Below, piece after piece: positions 62,401-64,000 of a stretch of DNA of 64,000 nt. Below the pieces are notes generated by a model, which saw nothing but the letters and a program-made list of their open reading frames with translations, did not search any database and had not been told where the DNA came from. The stretch covers positions 186,001 to 250,000 of the forward strand of contig JAQGDQ010000034.1 of assembly GCA_030141605.1 (NCBI GenBank), written 5' to 3'. The position numbers and the translations under genes are program-made. Each line of letters opens with the position of its first letter. Within the stretch, counting starts at the first letter, position 1. This stretch comes from Tubiluchus corallicola. Lineage: Eukaryota; Animalia; Priapulida.

Positions 62401-62712
62401 TAATGAAGCAGGTTCTGGTCTCACAACATCCATTTACATTACGTAGCATTGCTGAGCCATTAGGTATTGAATTTCATCTTACCTAATTGTATTTGCTCTT
62501 AGTTGCCAGTTTTTAAATTTATTGAGCAGGTTACTGAAGAGAAAGCCGCTTCCAAGACAAAAGGTGTGTCCACACCTCCCGGCAGACTGAAGCCGACGCT
62601 GAGGAAGACCGAGCCGAAGAAGCCGGAAGATGTTGAGAAGCCTAAAGCAAAACCAGAGGCGAAGAAGCCTTTGGCTGCGGCACGTCCGCCTCTAAGCAAG
62701 CCTTCTGTAAAG
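39344..62712 (+). CDS. tau: Tau/MAP2/MAP4-family microtubule-associated protein (3' partial)
   Basis: Phase-consistent exons 39344-39419 (MEEMMVEPEAGGEE..), 53645-53682 (EGSDSGVEEEHPK), 55366-55459 (PPMAEAG..PPPP..KKSP), 56005-56180, 58096-58207, 60775-60849 (TTPKPQVRNVKSKVGSLDNAAHKP), 61855-61955 (GGGGEK..RPKVGSVD..) and 62530-62712. VKSKVGSLDNAAHKPGGG is a canonical tubulin-binding repeat. Acidic N-terminus followed by a Pro/Lys/Thr-rich region. No stop codon in the window. Confidence 0.85.
40276..40528. repeat. Tandem duplication, ~127-bp unit x2
   Basis: aatatttttggtttatataagtactttcc...cttgaggg..ttgcaagt.acacaggct at 40276 and 40403. Confidence 0.9.
42852..42951. repeat. Compound (GT)n/(GCGT)n/(GA)n microsatellite
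   Basis: Directly visible. Confidence 0.95.
43201..43822. mobile_element. hAT-type MITE, 622 bp
   Basis: TIRs CAGTGGTTCCCAACC / GGTTGGGAACTACTG, perfect TSD ATTTAGAC (43193-43200, 43823-43830) and subterminal GGGGTACG repeats at both ends. Confidence 0.92.
44269..44353. repeat. (CT)n microsatellite
   Basis: Directly visible; explains the SLSL/ERER ORFs. Confidence 0.95.
45645..45698. repeat. (ATG/GTG)n microsatellite
   Basis: gatgatggtggtggtgatggtgatggtgatgatg. Confidence 0.8.
47950..48015 (+). mobile_element. tRNA-derived SINE head (partial)
   Basis: Anticodon-like arm gctgc-ccggaaa-gcagc (47960-47976) and perfect B-box GGTTCGAGTCC (47985-47995); no acceptor stem or D arm. Similar relics near 35890, 44790, 52720, 52880 and 62220. 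Confidence 0.55.
48821..49016. repeat. Nested inverted repeat (33-bp outer arms) around a TTAGGG-containing core
   Basis: 48821-48853 versus reverse complement of 48984-49016: 30/33 identical, first 24 perfect. Inner arms aaaaagtcaca / tgtgacttttt. Confidence 0.88.
49141..51386 (-). CDS. Candidate nested antisense gene, ~246 aa, no recognisable domain
   Basis: Phase-compatible exon chain 51386-51296, 50964-50815 (ttttcttactag|..CACG|GTGAGT), 50702-50627 (ctaatctgcttcag|..), 50152-49941 and 49352-49141 (TGA), totalling 741 nt open. Minus-strand AATAAA near 48996-49001. The first and last junctions are weak. Confidence 0.4.
53375..53550. repeat. (CT)n followed by (CTCTC)n pentanucleotide microsatellite
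   Basis: Directly visible, about 95 bp upstream of the 38-nt Tau-like microexon. Confidence 0.95.
54571..54795 (+). promoter_or_regulatory. Possible internal promoter / alternative non-coding first exon of the Tau-like gene
   Basis: CTCF-like CCGCTAGGTGGC on the minus strand (54573-54584); donor TTG|GTGAGT at 54795/54796; the next exon has in-frame ccaccaATGG at 55372. Confidence 0.35.
58211..58300. repeat. (ATACA)n microsatellite
   Basis: atacaatacaatacaatacaatacaata, immediately after the exon donor at 58208. Confidence 0.85.
58402..59254. mobile_element. Putative non-autonomous Helitron-like element in head-to-tail arrangement (765-bp period)
   Basis: ~88-bp direct repeats gaattaatatatagact(g/a)gcaaa..ccccgcaaaaaatttt..tataatcaaaaat..aacatcctaca at 58402 and 59167 flank a GC-richer body. 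No TG..CA LTR ends, no TSD and no credible ORF. The class is inferred. Confidence 0.55.
59653..59945. mobile_element. AT-rich fold-back MITE relic
   Basis: ~37-bp imperfect inverted arms catataaaaatacgccaccaagtcaaattaacgatta / taattgttaatttaactaggtggtgtgttttaatatg. Confidence 0.6.
61102..61410. repeat. Diverged tandem duplication, ~175-bp period
   Basis: tatggagtattag..taatgagc..ttcagcagcactaggcct..tggcagtagctgccagaaaa at 61102 and 61277. Confidence 0.85.
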
Positions 62713-64000
62713 GTCAGTTGTGCAATAGCTTGAATATATTTGTTCAGTACTCAGCGAGCACATTTCTGTAATCACATATTGGTTATTTGAATTGTGCCAG
62801 ATAGAATTAAGGGATGGCCTCACTCCTCTTTGTCAGAGTCAGGCTCTTCAATCTGTCATTCAGCAGATGTGCTGAGTTGGCTAGTCAGGCTAATTCTTAA
62901 ATTCCTTTCATGGGCAGTGTTGTCATTTTTGTGAGCGTAAATTGCAAATTTTTACTAGTAGAAACAATATGATTGTAATTTCTTGCTAACTGCTGTATGA
63001 AGAACCATATCCTTTACCCTGTGCATTAGAAACTGTTAATTGTGCAATAAACTGACATCATCTTACATGTGTGGGGGAGGTTTGTTAGGTGTAGGTATTT
63101 TGCTAGACATGAATTTGATGTTGCTGGTATTTTGTTACTAAGGTGAAGGTTAAACTTGAGGATTTGTTTGAATCGTGAGTTTGAAGGTGTAAATTAGCAC
63201 TAGGTTGCAAGTTTATAAACATTTGTCGTGTGTATCTATAGGTGGTTTCATTGATTATGGTGAAGCCAGATTCGTCTTCAAGCTTTTGTATTAATGGAGT
63301 CACTCCTTGTGGCTTGATAACATGTATACATAATCTTTATTAGCTGCTAATGAGCTCTTTCACTTTTAATGTACCTGCCTGGAGTGATTTAACCCCTTAC
63401 GCTTACTTGCTGGGTCTTTTGAAAACCTAAAAGGCATAATGCATAATTTTTGCCTTATAAGTTTCTAGTATAGTCTTGAAATAGCTGTTTCAATCAACTG
63501 TGTTTTATGTTTGTTCTTAGTGGAGTTAGTGAAATTATGGAAACAGACAATACTCTAAATACCTTTTTAGGAAATAAATTGACGTTTTCTTCGTGTAACA
63601 GTATGTAGATTGAAATGCAGTTGGATTAAACTTAATATGATTAATATGTAGCGTGCTGTAGGGTTACAAGTTTGCATACATGATCATTAATCACAGTCTC
63701 TTGCTAATTACTGTTTGAAGGCAATAACCAATCTTGAAGTCAAGGTGGGTGAGGAACTGTGGGTGCAAATTGCTTTCATGACTCATGGTTAACGAATAGA
63801 CTAACATGTGAACAGTAAATGCAGAGATTATTGTATAATTACCTGATGTAAATCATTTAGTCGAAACTTAGGCCTATTTTTAGATATTCATTCCAAATGA
63901 GGTAATTGATTTTCTTTAGCCTGGTAAGCTCTTTTGAGAGAAAATCTTCTTGCTGTCCAGTGATATTGCTATTGGCTACTATGTTTAATTAAGTAAAAGT

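Noticed and set aside
55931-62699. Hydrophobic minus-strand ORFs at 55931, 58092 and 62499
   Set aside because: Antisense shadows of Lys/Thr/Pro-rich Tau-like exons.

Overview
AT-rich, intron-containing genomic DNA from an invertebrate animal (taxon not determinable from sequence). No prokaryotic features, rRNA, true tRNA or CRISPR were seen. Gene models were built by hand from GT-AG sites and reading-frame phase. In order: (1) a THAP-domain gene (-, ATG 1588); (2) a five-exon QPRT/nadC homologue (-, 9906-4510) that is missed by the ORF track, has lost most active-site residues while keeping fold residues, and carries two frameshifts; (3) a 4-exon, ~827-aa C2H2 zinc-finger gene (-, 16731-10915); (4) head-to-head with it, a ~983-aa widely spaced multi-zinc-finger gene (+, 26832-30313) with a PxDLS motif and a histone-H3K9-mimic KQKARKS motif; (5) a Tau/MAP2/MAP4-family gene (+, ATG 39344, running off the window end). 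The 14-kb intron of the Tau-like gene holds a candidate nested antisense orphan gene and a long fold-back hairpin. Introns contain hAT and pogo-like MITEs, tRNA-derived SINE relics, a Helitron-like element, microsatellites and CTCF/RFX/AP-1-like motifs. Best leads: the QPRT pseudoenzyme/pseudogene, the WIZ-like H3K9-mimic zinc-finger protein, the nested antisense gene with its hairpin, and the unusual Tau repeat layout. All homology calls come from recalled family motifs, not database searches.
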